64,000 bases of DNA from an uncultured Bacilli bacterium (GTDB lineage: Bacteria > Bacillota_I > Bacilli_A > RF39 > UBA660), in assembly GCA_944329425.1 (NCBI GenBank), contig CALVIG010000003.1, positions 51,460 to 115,459 on the forward strand, in the 5' to 3' direction. This document shows, one piece after another, positions 11,398 through 21,482 of this stretch. The first letter of the stretch is position 1. Each line of letters starts with the position of its first letter. The translations under genes and the position numbers were made by a program. The notes beneath the pieces were generated by a model. The model was not told the origin of the DNA and did not search any database. It saw nothing but the letters and a program-made list of their open reading frames with translations.

Positions 11398-12654
11398 CTA
11401 AATAGGGGTATTAAGCCAGTTTAGTATAGGATTTAGTTTACTTCCCGTATAATATGATTTTTTATTTATAACTAAATCAAATTCTCCGACGTATTCTACA
11501 ATATGATTTGATAATTCTCTTTTTATTAAACTATTATATTCATCCTTAAACTCACCAGTTATTCCGTTAAAATCTATTATTTGGTAACCTTGTTTTGCAA
11601 ATTCTTGCATTAATTGCCACCTAAGTAAATATTCTGGGTATTGATCTTTAAATTTTTCGTTTATACCACTTGCGAAAAAGGTAACTGTTTTCCCATACTT
11701 AATAACTGCAACTCCCGCGGTTATTAATCCACTAGGGTACTGTTGAAATAAGTTAATTGCCTCTAACATATTCTTTTTATATTTAGATACTAACTCATCT
11801 GATTTTAATTTTTCGTTCATAATCATTTCTTTGTTTGGGTTATTCCAGTCCTGCATCTGATTATTTAATTCATTGTTTCTTTGCTCTTCTTTTTCATATA
11901 AAGTTTTACTAGAATTAACGTAAGAAACTGGTTCTAATTTAGTGAAATAAACCTCAAAACCATTATTTTGACCAAAAAATTGATAATAATCTAAATAATA
12001 CTCTAATGGTGGATTTTGTTTGTTTATTACGCTATAAAGTAAACTTATATCATTCATTCCACCTTTATATACTTTATTTCCTAATTTTGATGATTCCATT
12101 ATTTTTTCTCTAGCTTCTTTAGAGATGGAATTATATAAATTTATTATGTTGTTATCTAAAACGGTAATGGCGTTCCATCTGGGTTTACTTGCTTCCATTC
12201 CTTTATTATATCCCATGTGAATGTACCCTAAGCTTTGTAATTTCTGTACGAAACTACCATTATTATATCCATCTATTTTTTCACTACCATCAATGTTATG
12301 TTCCTTATAAACAACTTGAGGATCAACTTTAAGGTAAGTAAAACTTCTTTTTGAGAGGAAATCTTTAAGGGCATTCGTAAATTCACTTACCAACGCATCA
12401 TTGTTCCAATCAATTAAAAAACCACGAGGAGCATACCCCATTTTTCGCTTATTATTCTTCTCGTTTTTTACTATCATTAAGGTTGCAGCTTTTATGTTTC
12501 CCATGTCATCAACTAGTCCTAAATAATATGCATTATAACCATGCTTTGTCATAAACCTGCCATAGTTGCTAGATTGATAAAAGTTATAGTTAGGATGATT
12601 CATAGCAAAACTATCAAATCTAAATTCATCAAGTAGCACGATTTGCATCTTCAT
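11398..12654 (-). CDS. FemA/FemB/FemX-family aminoacyltransferase (peptidoglycan interpeptide bridge formation)
   Basis: 418 aa. The N-terminal region (NHPNYNFYQSSNYGRF...MGYAPRGFLIDW) is typical of FemABX/MurM lipid II aminoacyltransferases. Confidence 0.7.
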   Translation of the reverse strand: MKMQIVLLDEFRFDSFAMNHPNYNFYQSSNYGRFMTKHGYNAYYLGLVDDMGNIKAATLMIVKNEKNNKRKMGYAPRGFLIDWNNDALVSEFTNALKDFLSKRSFTYLKVDPQVVYKEHNIDGSEKIDGYNNGSFVQKLQSLGYIHMGYNKGMEASKPRWNAITVLDNNIINLYNSISKEAREKIMESSKLGNKVYKGGMNDISLLYSVINKQNPPLEYYLDYYQFFGQNNGFEVYFTKLEPVSYVNSSKTLYEKEEQRNNELNNQMQDWNNPNKEMIMNEKLKSDELVSKYKKNMLEAINLFQQYPSGLITAGVAVIKYGKTVTFFASGINEKFKDQYPEYLLRWQLMQEFAKQGYQIIDFNGITGEFKDEYNSLIKRELSNHIVEYVGEFDLVINKKSYYTGSKLNPILNWLNTPI

Positions 12655-12913
12655 CCCTCCTATTTATTCTTATACTTTATTATACTCCATATAAGCTTAT
12701 AAAGTCAATTTACATAAGAAAAATTAGAACTACAATTTTATTTAAAATAATAATATTTCAAACTATTATATGGTATAATTAAAGCAAGGAGTGATATTAT
12801 GAAAAAGATAGATAGATAATTTATCTGCACTCTTATGAAAGATAATTAAAAAAAGTTAATTATCTTTCTTTTTTTATGCTAAAATATACTTGTAAGATTG
12901 GAGGATAGCATAA

Positions 12914-14143
12914 ATGAAGATTACTAACATAAAAGCAAGAGAAATATTGGATTCAAGGGGTAACCCAACCGTTGAAGTAGACGTTACGTTAGAAAATAAC
13001 ATAATGGCTAGAGCAGCGGTTCCTTCAGGAGCTTCAACTGGAGAAAGAGAAGCGCTTGAAATGAGGGATAATGATAAAAATAGGTTTGGTGGTAAAGGAG
13101 TTTTAAACGCGGTTAAAAACGTAAATGAACGGATTAAGCCAGTTATTGTTGGCATGGATGTATTTGATCAATATAGTATTGATACCGCAATGTTGGAGCT
13201 TGATGGTACAAAGACAAAGAGTAATTTAGGTGCTAACGCAATATTAGGTGTATCTATGGCATGTTTAAAGGCTGCTGCTAAGGCAAAGAATATGCCTTTA
13301 TATAAGTATGTTGGTGAAGGTACTACTTTACCTGTTCCTATGATGAACATTTTAAATGGTGGAGCTCATGCCGATAATAAGCTTGATTTTCAAGAGTTTA
13401 TGATAATTCCACAGAGAGATACCATTCATGAAAGGGTACGCGTAGGATCAGAAGTATTTCATGCTCTAAAAAAGGTATTAAACGAAAGAAAACTTTCAAC
13501 AGGAGTAGGTGATGAAGGTGGTTTTGCGCCTGATTTAAACTCAAACACAGAAGGTTTTGAACTTATTATGGAAGCCATTAAAAAGGCAGGTTATGAGCCT
13601 GGTAAAGACGTTAAATTAGCAATAGATGTTGCGGCATCAGAATTTTATAAAGATGGTAAATATAACTTAGTTGGTGAAGGAAGAAGTCTTACAACTGATG
13701 AGCTTATTTATTTTTATAAAGAATTAGTTAGTAAGTATCCAATAATTTCAATAGAGGATCCAGTTGATGAAAATGATTGGGAAGGTTTTGCAAAAATAAC
13801 TAGGGAACTGGGCGATAAGATTCAGTTGGTTGGAGATGATTTATTCGTAACGAATAAGGAGTGTTTACAAAAGGGTATAGACATGAAAGCTGGTAACGCA
13901 ATTCTTTTAAAAGTTAACCAAATTGGAAGCATTACCGAAACTTTAGAAACAATAAAACTTGCTAAGGAAAATGGTTATAAAACAATTATCTCACATAGAT
14001 CAGGTGAAACGGAAGACACAACCATCGCTGATTTGGCGGTAGGGCTTGATTTAGGACAAATAAAAACTGGGTCAATGTCTAGAACCGATAGAATTTGTAA
14101 GTATAATCAATTAATGAGAATAGAAGAAGAACTAGAGAGCTAG
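12914..14143 (+). CDS. eno: Enolase (phosphopyruvate hydratase)
   Basis: [14 protein letters not shown] and [17 protein letters not shown] motifs. Confidence 0.95.
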   Translation: MKITNIKAREILDSRGNPTVEVDVTLENNIMARAAVPSGASTGEREALEMRDNDKNRFGGKGVLNAVKNVNERIKPVIVGMDVFDQYSIDTAMLELDGTKTKSNLGANAILGVSMACLKAAAKAKNMPLYKYVGEGTTLPVPMMNILNGGAHADNKLDFQEFMIIPQRDTIHERVRVGSEVFHALKKVLNERKLSTGVGDEGGFAPDLNSNTEGFELIMEAIKKAGYEPGKDVKLAIDVAASEFYKDGKYNLVGEGRSLTTDELIYFYKELVSKYPIISIEDPVDENDWEGFAKITRELGDKIQLVGDDLFVTNKECLQKGIDMKAGNAILLKVNQIGSITETLETIKLAKENGYKTIISHRSGETEDTTIADLAVGLDLGQIKTGSMSRTDRICKYNQLMRIEEELES

Positions 14144-14289
14144 TTCTTTTTATATTATGGGAAACTAAAAGATATCATTAAATACTTCTGGATAATTATG
14201 CAACTAATTTTTTTTATAAATAATTCATTTTATTTGATATTTATATTATAATATGATAGAATAATTAATAGCTACAAGGAGGAATTATT

Positions 14290-14499
14290 ATGCTTACCTT
14301 ATTAATGGTTATATCTGTTTTGCTTATTATTATAGTGTTACTTCAAAGTGGAAAAGCTGAAAGTGGTAATATAATAACTGGTGGTAATGCTGATTTATTT
14401 ATGAATAGAAAAGAACGCGGTGGAGAATTATTCATAACTCGTTTAACATATGTTTTAGGAATCGTTTTTTTCGTACTATGTATAGTAATAGACATGTAA
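14290..14499 (+). CDS. secG: Preprotein translocase subunit SecG
   Basis: 69-aa two-transmembrane protein with LLQSGK and GGNADLF motifs. Conserved position upstream of rnr-smpB-ssrA. Confidence 0.7.
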   Translation: MLTLLMVISVLLIIIVLLQSGKAESGNIITGGNADLFMNRKERGGELFITRLTYVLGIVFFVLCIVIDM

Positions 14500-14505
14500 T
14501 ATAAA

Positions 14506-14533
14506 AAAAGCTTGGTTAGAAGCTTTTTTTTGT
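14506..14533 (+). terminator. Rho-independent terminator after secG
   Basis: AAGCTTGGTTAGAAGCTT hairpin plus a T-run. Confidence 0.5.
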
Positions 14534-14563
14534 TTTATAATATTATTAGATAGGAGAATACTT

Positions 14564-16705
14564 ATGAAAGATAGAGTTTTAAACATACTTAAAGAAAAAG
14601 ATAAATCTTATACTATTTATGAATTAAAAGATATATTAGGAATTGATACTACTGAGGAGTTAGAAACGTTATTAAAGACGTTAAATGAGCTTGAAAGTAA
14701 TTTAGATATATATCATACAAATAAGGATAAATACATGGCTTTTGAGTATAGTCATTTAAAAAAGGGTAATATTTCCGTTTCTGAAAAAGGTTTTGGTTTT
14801 GTTTTAATGGATACTGAAGAAGACATACACGTTGATAAAGAGCATTTAAATGGTGCCATGGATGGTGATACGGTAATAGTAGAAATCGTAAATAAAAACA
14901 CTGGCGCTAAAAAAGAAGGAAGAGTATTAAGAATTAAGGCTAGGTATTATGGCCCTATTGTTGGAGAGTACGTTTTTAATGATGGGAATCCAACCATTAT
15001 ACCAAATGATAGAAAAATCAAACAAAAGATTGTTTTAACTAAAGAAAGTACCAAAGATGCCGTGGATGGACACATTGTTGTTGGTAACGTTATAAAGGAA
15101 CTGGATAGAAACACTATTTTAGTAGAAATAAAAACCATAATTGGTCATAAAAACGACGTTGGTGTTGACGTGGAAGCCATTGTTTATAAACATATGTTTT
15201 CTCCAAAATTTCCTGATGAAGTTTTAGAAGAACTTGATGAAATACCTAATGAAGTAAGACCAGAAGATAAAATAGGAAGGCGCGATTTAACTAATGTTAC
15301 CATATTTACCATAGATGGTGATGATACTAAAGACATAGATGATGCTATATCCATTAAAAAACTTGATAATGGTAATTATGAATTAGGTGTACATATAGCA
15401 GATGTTTCTTTTTATGTTAAACCTGGTACCAAACTTTATGACGAAGCGTACGAAAGGGGAACAAGTGTCTATTTAGTAGATAGGGTAATACCTATGCTTC
15501 CTCATAAACTATCAAATGGTATATGTTCCTTAAATCCTAACGTTGAACGTTTAGCAATAAGTTGTGTTATGGAAATAAATTCTAAAGGCAACGTTGTTTC
15601 ACATGACATATTTGAAAGTATTATAAAATCAAGAATCCAAATGACGTATAAAAAAGTTAATAAGTGGTTAGAAGAAGGTGTAATAGAACAAGGTTATGAA
15701 CCATTTACAAAAGATTTAAGTCAGATGAAGGAACTTGCTGACATATTAAGAAATGCAAGGCAAAGAAGGGGTGCAATTGATTTTGACACTGATGAAGCAA
15801 AGATAATCGCTGATGAAAATGGCAAACCAATAGATATTGTTTTAAGAGAACGTGGCGTTGGAGAAAAACTGATAGAAGACTTCATGATTGCTGCAAACGA
15901 AACGGTAGCAGAACATGTCTTTTATATGGAACTTCCGTTTGTATACCGTGTACATGGAACTCCAAAAGAAGAAAAAATAAATGATTTTTTAAATTTTGTT
16001 AGCTCTTTAGGTTACAAAATAAGTGGTAAAATAAACGTAAAATATCCATCAAGTATTCAGCATGTATTAGATCAGTTAAAGGATAAGAAAGAGTATAAAA
16101 TACTTTCAAGCTTAATGTTAAGAGCAATGCAAAAAGCGGTTTATCAGCCTGATAATATAGGCCATTTTGGTCTTGCAAGTAAAATATATACACATTTTAC
16201 TTCACCAATAAGAAGATTTCCGGACACAACGGTCCATAGGTTATTAAGAACTTATTTATTTAATAAGGATGAGTCTAAAAAAACAATTGATTACTTTAAA
16301 GAATACTTACCTGTTTTAACGGAACATGCTTCTTTAAAAGAGCGTGATGCAATAGAATGTGAAAGAGAAGTAGAAGATATGAAGATGGCTGAATACATGA
16401 TGAATCACGTTGGTGAAGAGTTTAAGGGTATGATAAGCGGTGTTACATCATTTGGTTTATTTGTTGAACTACCTAACATGATAGAAGGTCTTGTTCATAT
16501 AAGCGATATAAAAGGAGATTATTATAATTACGATGAAAACACGATGAGTTTGGTTGGGCAAAGACATAAAAAAAGATACAGAATAGGCGATGAAGTAACG
16601 GTAATCTGTGTTTCTGCATCAAAGGAAGAGTCGTTTATTGATTTTGAAATCGTGACCGAAGGTAGTGATGAAAGTGAAGGAGAACAAGAAAAAAAGACAT
16701 CTTAA
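14564..16705 (+). CDS. rnr: Ribonuclease R
   Basis: RNB catalytic motif HFGLASKIYTHFTSPIRRFPDTTVHRLL. Cold-shock and S1 domains flank it. 713 aa. Confidence 0.9.
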   Translation: MKDRVLNILKEKDKSYTIYELKDILGIDTTEELETLLKTLNELESNLDIYHTNKDKYMAFEYSHLKKGNISVSEKGFGFVLMDTEEDIHVDKEHLNGAMDGDTVIVEIVNKNTGAKKEGRVLRIKARYYGPIVGEYVFNDGNPTIIPNDRKIKQKIVLTKESTKDAVDGHIVVGNVIKELDRNTILVEIKTIIGHKNDVGVDVEAIVYKHMFSPKFPDEVLEELDEIPNEVRPEDKIGRRDLTNVTIFTIDGDDTKDIDDAISIKKLDNGNYELGVHIADVSFYVKPGTKLYDEAYERGTSVYLVDRVIPMLPHKLSNGICSLNPNVERLAISCVMEINSKGNVVSHDIFESIIKSRIQMTYKKVNKWLEEGVIEQGYEPFTKDLSQMKELADILRNARQRRGAIDFDTDEAKIIADENGKPIDIVLRERGVGEKLIEDFMIAANETVAEHVFYMELPFVYRVHGTPKEEKINDFLNFVSSLGYKISGKINVKYPSSIQHVLDQLKDKKEYKILSSLMLRAMQKAVYQPDNIGHFGLASKIYTHFTSPIRRFPDTTVHRLLRTYLFNKDESKKTIDYFKEYLPVLTEHASLKERDAIECEREVEDMKMAEYMMNHVGEEFKGMISGVTSFGLFVELPNMIEGLVHISDIKGDYYNYDENTMSLVGQRHKKRYRIGDEVTVICVSASKEESFIDFEIVTEGSDESEGEQEKKTS

Positions 16706-17834
16706 AAAATGGGTTAAAGTAACCTTATTTTTGTTATTAATTTTCATATTGGTATTTATTGTTTATTGTTTTAGAAATGAAACCAGGTCCGTTTCTGTTA
16801 AAGAAAAACAAATTAAGGATAAAGAAATAACAACGAAACAAGAAGACACTAATAAACTTTCTATGGTTATGGTTGGTGATTGTCTTATCCATAGATTTGT
16901 TTATACGGATGCAAAAAATAATGATGGTTCGTATTCTTTTTCAAAGATGTTTACGGAAGTAGAGCCATTAATAAAAAATCATGATTTGGCATTTTATAAT
17001 CAAGAAAGTAATATAGGTGGTAAATCGCTTGGTTTATCTGCTTATCCTAGGTTTAATTCTCCTGAAGAAATAGGTGATGATATGGTAGATTTAGGCTTTA
17101 ATCTTGTTAGTTTGGCAAATAATCATACTATGGATAGAGGAGAACAAGGAGTAATTAATTCAGTTAACTACTGGAAAACCAAGCCAGGTGTTTATTATAC
17201 TGGCCAAGCCTTATCAGAAGAAGATAGGGAAAGCAATATTAAAATAGAAGAAAAAAACGGAATAAAATATGCTTTTTTTGCATATACAACCGTTACTAAT
17301 GGTTTGTTACCTCCAAGTGGCAAAGAATATTTAACTAATATTTACTCTAAAGAAAAAGCCAAGGCTGATATTAATAAAGTAAAAGATAAAGTAGATTTAA
17401 TAATCGTGTCTATGCATTGGGGTGAAGAGTACACTACGAATCCTAATGGCAACCAAAAGCAAATCGCAAAGGAATTATCAGACATGGGAGTAAATTTAAT
17501 AATTGGAAATCATGCTCATTCCATTCAACCTGTTGAAATGGTTAATGACACTTTAGTGTTTTATGCCCTTGGAAATTTCATTGCGGCTCAAGATACTCCA
17601 GATAGGCAAACTGGAGTAGTAGTATCATTAGACATTAACAAAGGTGAAGATAGTAAAGTTACTTTTGATAATATTAAGGCTAATTTAATATACACGTACT
17701 TTAAAAATGGTCGTAATTTTAAAATATACCCATATACAAAGTTAGATAATAATCTTTTAAATAATTACCAAACGTATTATAATAAATATAAATCTGTTTT
17801 AACCAGATACACTGATATAATAGAGGTGGAATAA
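16665..17834 (+). CDS. CapA/PgsA-family metallophosphatase-like protein (poly-gamma-glutamate capsule biosynthesis family), membrane-anchored
   Basis: [13 protein letters not shown]...[12 protein letters not shown] motifs of the CapA family. N-terminal transmembrane anchor. The start overlaps the rnr 3' end; an ATG at 16668 is also possible. Confidence 0.6.
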   Translation: MMKVKENKKKRHLKKWVKVTLFLLLIFILVFIVYCFRNETRSVSVKEKQIKDKEITTKQEDTNKLSMVMVGDCLIHRFVYTDAKNNDGSYSFSKMFTEVEPLIKNHDLAFYNQESNIGGKSLGLSAYPRFNSPEEIGDDMVDLGFNLVSLANNHTMDRGEQGVINSVNYWKTKPGVYYTGQALSEEDRESNIKIEEKNGIKYAFFAYTTVTNGLLPPSGKEYLTNIYSKEKAKADINKVKDKVDLIIVSMHWGEEYTTNPNGNQKQIAKELSDMGVNLIIGNHAHSIQPVEMVNDTLVFYALGNFIAAQDTPDRQTGVVVSLDINKGEDSKVTFDNIKANLIYTYFKNGRNFKIYPYTKLDNNLLNNYQTYYNKYKSVLTRYTDIIEVE

Positions 17835-18274
17835 TGATTGAAATAAAAAATAAAAAAGCAAATTTTGATTATTTTATTGAGGATACATATGAAGCCGGTA
17901 TTGTCTTAAAGGGAACCGAAATAAAGGCAATAAGAAAAGGAAGCTGTAATTTAAAAGATACTTATGCTAGAGTAAAGAATAACGAGATATACGTAATTAA
18001 TATGTTTATAGCACCTTATGAACAAGGTAATAGGTTTAATCATGACGAAAGACGTGAAAGAAAACTTCTTTTACATAAGAAAGAAATAATTAAAATAAAA
18101 CAAAAAATAGAAAAAGAAGGTTATTCGTTGGTTCCGATAAAACTATATTTGAAAAATGGTAGAGCAAAGGTTCTGATAGGAGTTGCTAAAGGTAAAAAGG
18201 CTTATGATAAAAGACAGTCCTTAAAAGAAAAAGATATTAAAAGGGATTTAGAAAAAACGGTTAGTAAATATTAA
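17834..18274 (+). CDS. smpB: SsrA-binding protein SmpB
   Basis: [28 protein letters not shown] is highly conserved. It sits upstream of the tmRNA gene. Confidence 0.9.
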   Translation: MIEIKNKKANFDYFIEDTYEAGIVLKGTEIKAIRKGSCNLKDTYARVKNNEIYVINMFIAPYEQGNRFNHDERRERKLLLHKKEIIKIKQKIEKEGYSLVPIKLYLKNGRAKVLIGVAKGKKAYDKRQSLKEKDIKRDLEKTVSKY

Positions 18275-18333
18275 CCGTTTTTTTGTCAAAAAAATGTCAT
18301 TCAATGATATAATGATTATGAAAGGATGGTAAG

Positions 18334-18804
18334 ATGAGGAGAATACTAAAGATTTTTGCTGTTTTCATTTGTATGTTTGTTTTAGCTGGGTGCGGTAATG
18401 AAGAAGAAAAAGTTGTTAAATGTACATTAACACAAAATAACGTAGCTCAAGGTTATAAAGTATCATCGGAGTATAAAATTTATACTGATGGTAAAATCGT
18501 AAATAAAGTAGAAACAACCGAAATTGCTACTAGTGATAATAGTGAGGTGTTAGATTCTTTAGAAAATTATGAAAACACTCTTTACACTAACATGAATAAC
18601 GAGTATGGTGGATATGATTTTAAGATTACTAATGAGAACGGAACGTTAACAGCTATAACAAAAATTGATTATACTAAGCTTGATATGGAAAAATTAGCAA
18701 AAGACCAATCATCAATGAAGAATTACATGAATGATAAAAACGAAATTACTTTAGAGGGTATTAAAGCTTTATATAAAGCAATGGGAGCAACTTGTGAAGA
18801 ATAA
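18334..18804 (+). CDS. Hypothetical lipoprotein
   Basis: Signal peptide with lipobox LAGCGN. No recognised domain. Confidence 0.45.
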   Translation: MRRILKIFAVFICMFVLAGCGNEEEKVVKCTLTQNNVAQGYKVSSEYKIYTDGKIVNKVETTEIATSDNSEVLDSLENYENTLYTNMNNEYGGYDFKITNENGTLTAITKIDYTKLDMEKLAKDQSSMKNYMNDKNEITLEGIKALYKAMGATCEE

Positions 18805-18846
18805 AAGAAGATTCTAAAAAAGAAAAGATTCTAAAAAAGAATCTTT

Positions 18847-20172
18847 TTATTTTGTAACTATAACCGTAGAAGCAATACCCCTTGTTTTATGCTTTAATGA
18901 TGAGTCAACGGGATCATTAATGTAACAATAATCCTTATCACATGAATTTATGTATTTTAAGGCTTCTTTTTTGGGAAGAACCATCACGCTTGATGTTCCA
19001 CCATCTAGGTTTGCGGCATTAACAGCACCATAGTTACCCATTATTTCCGTTAAATCAGTCATTGAAGCGCCCTTAGTTCTGGTAGAATTACTATCCACTA
19101 CCAATAAAAGTATTATTCCGTCTTGTCTTTGCCCGATGGCGGTTCTAGCAGCGTACCCCCATCCTCCATTACCTTTTATAAATGATTTTTTTCCATTTAC
19201 GATTAAGAAAGGCCCCCAAGAAACACCATCACGAACGTTCATTTTTTTTGCTTTACTTGCGGTAGCGTTTTTAATTAACACTAATTTGTTATCAGTTGTC
19301 ATTCCGATTAACCCTCCAGACTGAGCGTCTGAACTGTACGTGTTATCGGTTATTACCTTTCCGTTTGAGATGGTAACGCCAGTAGGTCTTCCTCCAGTTG
19401 TATCACCCGGAGCATTAGCAAAACCCCCACCATTTACCGCTAATATTGCTTTGTTATCACTAGCCATTTTAGTTGCATATTGTCCAGTTCTTCCAACGTT
19501 TGATGATACTGCTACTTTTACTTTAGATGGATCATATATAGCGGCTAGATAAGCTCTTTGACCATTTACTTCTAGTTTAATAATCTTATAATCTTGATCT
19601 TTTTTTCTATTTAATATTTGCTTTTCATATTTGTTTTTATATTCTTCTTTTTCCATGTCAATTAAACTGGTATCCGTTTCTTCATTAATTTCAATTATGT
19701 AATTTTTACTTAAAACGTTAGCAATTTCCTCATCACTATAAAACCATTTACATATGTATTGGTGGCTCATCGTACTCATGGAAGTAGATATAAACCATGA
19801 CCTAAAATTATCGTAAGGTCCGTACAATAAGAATAATCCAGTAGAACAACAAATCACATAAATTGATACAAATATTATACATAAAATTTTTCTAAGCTTT
19901 TTCTTTTTGGCTAATTTGTTTTTTTTCTTTTTTATCGTAAATAGTCCTAAAATAAACAGATAAATAAATAGTGATAATAAAACGTATATAACGTAATTTA
20001 TAGGAATTATTACTAATCTTAATGAATGGGTAGAAATAATGGTTAAAACAAATAAAATTGGTATTAATAATATTGGTAATACTCTTAATAAAAATACTTT
20101 TTTATCCTTTTTATTAGGTCTCATAATTACATCATCAAAATTTAGTACTTCGGTTTTGTCGTTATAATTCAT
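18847..20172 (-). CDS. Membrane-anchored phosphodiester glycosidase-family protein (DUF2233/NAGPA-like)
   Basis: N-terminal transmembrane segments plus a C-terminal domain with NGGGFANAPGD...DGGTSSVMV motifs of the phosphodiester glycosidase family. The ATG at 20172 with RBS AGGTGA is preferred over the upstream TTG. Confidence 0.55.
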   Translation of the reverse strand: MNYNDKTEVLNFDDVIMRPNKKDKKVFLLRVLPILLIPILFVLTIISTHSLRLVIIPINYVIYVLLSLFIYLFILGLFTIKKKKNKLAKKKKLRKILCIIFVSIYVICCSTGLFLLYGPYDNFRSWFISTSMSTMSHQYICKWFYSDEEIANVLSKNYIIEINEETDTSLIDMEKEEYKNKYEKQILNRKKDQDYKIIKLEVNGQRAYLAAIYDPSKVKVAVSSNVGRTGQYATKMASDNKAILAVNGGGFANAPGDTTGGRPTGVTISNGKVITDNTYSSDAQSGGLIGMTTDNKLVLIKNATASKAKKMNVRDGVSWGPFLIVNGKKSFIKGNGGWGYAARTAIGQRQDGIILLLVVDSNSTRTKGASMTDLTEIMGNYGAVNAANLDGGTSSVMVLPKKEALKYINSCDKDYCYINDPVDSSLKHKTRGIASTVIVTK

Positions 20173-20261
20173 ATTATCACCTATGGTAATTATACATAAT
20201 ATGACAAAAATTAACAATTAAATTTTATAAAATTGTGATATAATAACTATGTTATTTATTT

Positions 20262-20625
20262 GGGGCTGTTATTGGTTTCGACGGAAAGCATGAATCTATG
20301 GTTGCAAGTGGAAGGTACTCCTTAAGTACAAACAAAAATAAATAACAAAACAAATAATTATGCTTTCGCAGCTTGTGCTGCCTAGTCTCTAATAGAGGAA
20401 GCGCTTCTTTTTAAGTTTTACTCACGGATTTTTAAAGAGGCTCATTTTAGTGAGTTATACTATTCTTTTTGTTTAGGAAAGAATAATGAACGTTACTAAA
20501 CTCGTTATTTGGTGGGTATGTTAGTTACCTTTATCATATAATTAAATTTTAATTACTAACTAAACTTGTAGACGTCATAGTGGAAAGTTTTTCGGACACG
20601 AGTTCAAATCTCGTCAGCTCCACCA
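20262..20625 (+). ncRNA. ssrA: Transfer-messenger RNA (tmRNA, SsrA)
   Basis: Begins GGGGCUGUUAUUGGUUUCGACGG and ends GGACACGAGUUCAAAUCUCGUCAGCUCCACCA (tRNA-Ala-like T-arm/acceptor plus CCA). An internal tag ORF ends ...NNYAFAACAA followed by a TAG stop. smpB is adjacent. Confidence 0.85.
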
Positions 20626-20894
20626 TAGGGAAATTAGTCGAACTATTCGAACTTTAAATACAAAAAGTATCAATTTCAAAAGAAGTTGATATTTTTTTGT
20701 GATTTAAGAAAGGGCAGCTGAAAATGGTAAATATCGTAAGTAAAGAATTACACTTTGATGAATAAATAAAAAAGGAAATGATAAAAATCATCATGATTTT
20801 GAACGATAATAAAGGTTAGAATATATTATTTAAGGGTAAAATATGATAAAATATTTTTTATTAAAATCAAAAATAAAAAATTAGGAGGAACTAT

Positions 20895-21482
20895 ATGAGC
20901 AAACTAATTATAATTACAGGCATAAGCGGTAGTGGCAAATCTACAATATCAAAAGTAATATATAACCATTATAAAAAATCCATATTAATTTCTATGGATA
21001 TCTTAAAAGAAAATATTTATGAATTAGTAGAATTTTATAATTATAATCAAAAGCAAAATTTAAAAAAAATTGTATATAATACATTTCTAAAATTATTAGA
21101 AGAATGTATGAATAGAAATGATGAAAATATTATAATAGAATATCCATTTAATAAAACTTGGGAAAATGATTTTAAGAGTTTATTAAAAAAATATGACTAT
21201 AATGCAATAACAATAAGAGTTAAAAGTATAAGCTATGACACTATTTATGAAAGATTAAATATAAGAAATAATGGTTCAAATAGGCATCCAAGCCATTCTT
21301 TAATTAATTACAATCCTAAAATGAAAGATATATATAAATCTACAAATGAACTTAAATATGATGAATTAAAAGAAGATTATGAATCTAATAAATATACATC
21401 ATTAAATATTGGAAAGACCATAGATTTTATAAATGATAATTTTAATTTTGATAATCTTATAAGTTTAATAGATGGTGATTAA
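20895..21482 (+). CDS. P-loop NTPase, small-molecule kinase-like (AAA_33/zeta-toxin-like fold)
   Basis: Walker A GISGSGKST at the N-terminus. 195 aa. Extremely AT-rich codon usage. Confidence 0.45.
   Translation: MSKLIIITGISGSGKSTISKVIYNHYKKSILISMDILKENIYELVEFYNYNQKQNLKKIVYNTFLKLLEECMNRNDENIIIEYPFNKTWENDFKSLLKKYDYNAITIRVKSISYDTIYERLNIRNNGSNRHPSHSLINYNPKMKDIYKSTNELKYDELKEDYESNKYTSLNIGKTIDFINDNFNFDNLISLIDGD

Noticed and set aside
18806-18853. Tandem direct repeat AAGATTCTAAAAAAGAAAAGATTCTAAAAAAGAATCTT after the lipoprotein gene
   Set aside because: Best explained as an ordinary bidirectional rho-independent terminator (AAGATTC...GAATCTT plus T-run) with a local duplication. Too short for a functional repeat array.
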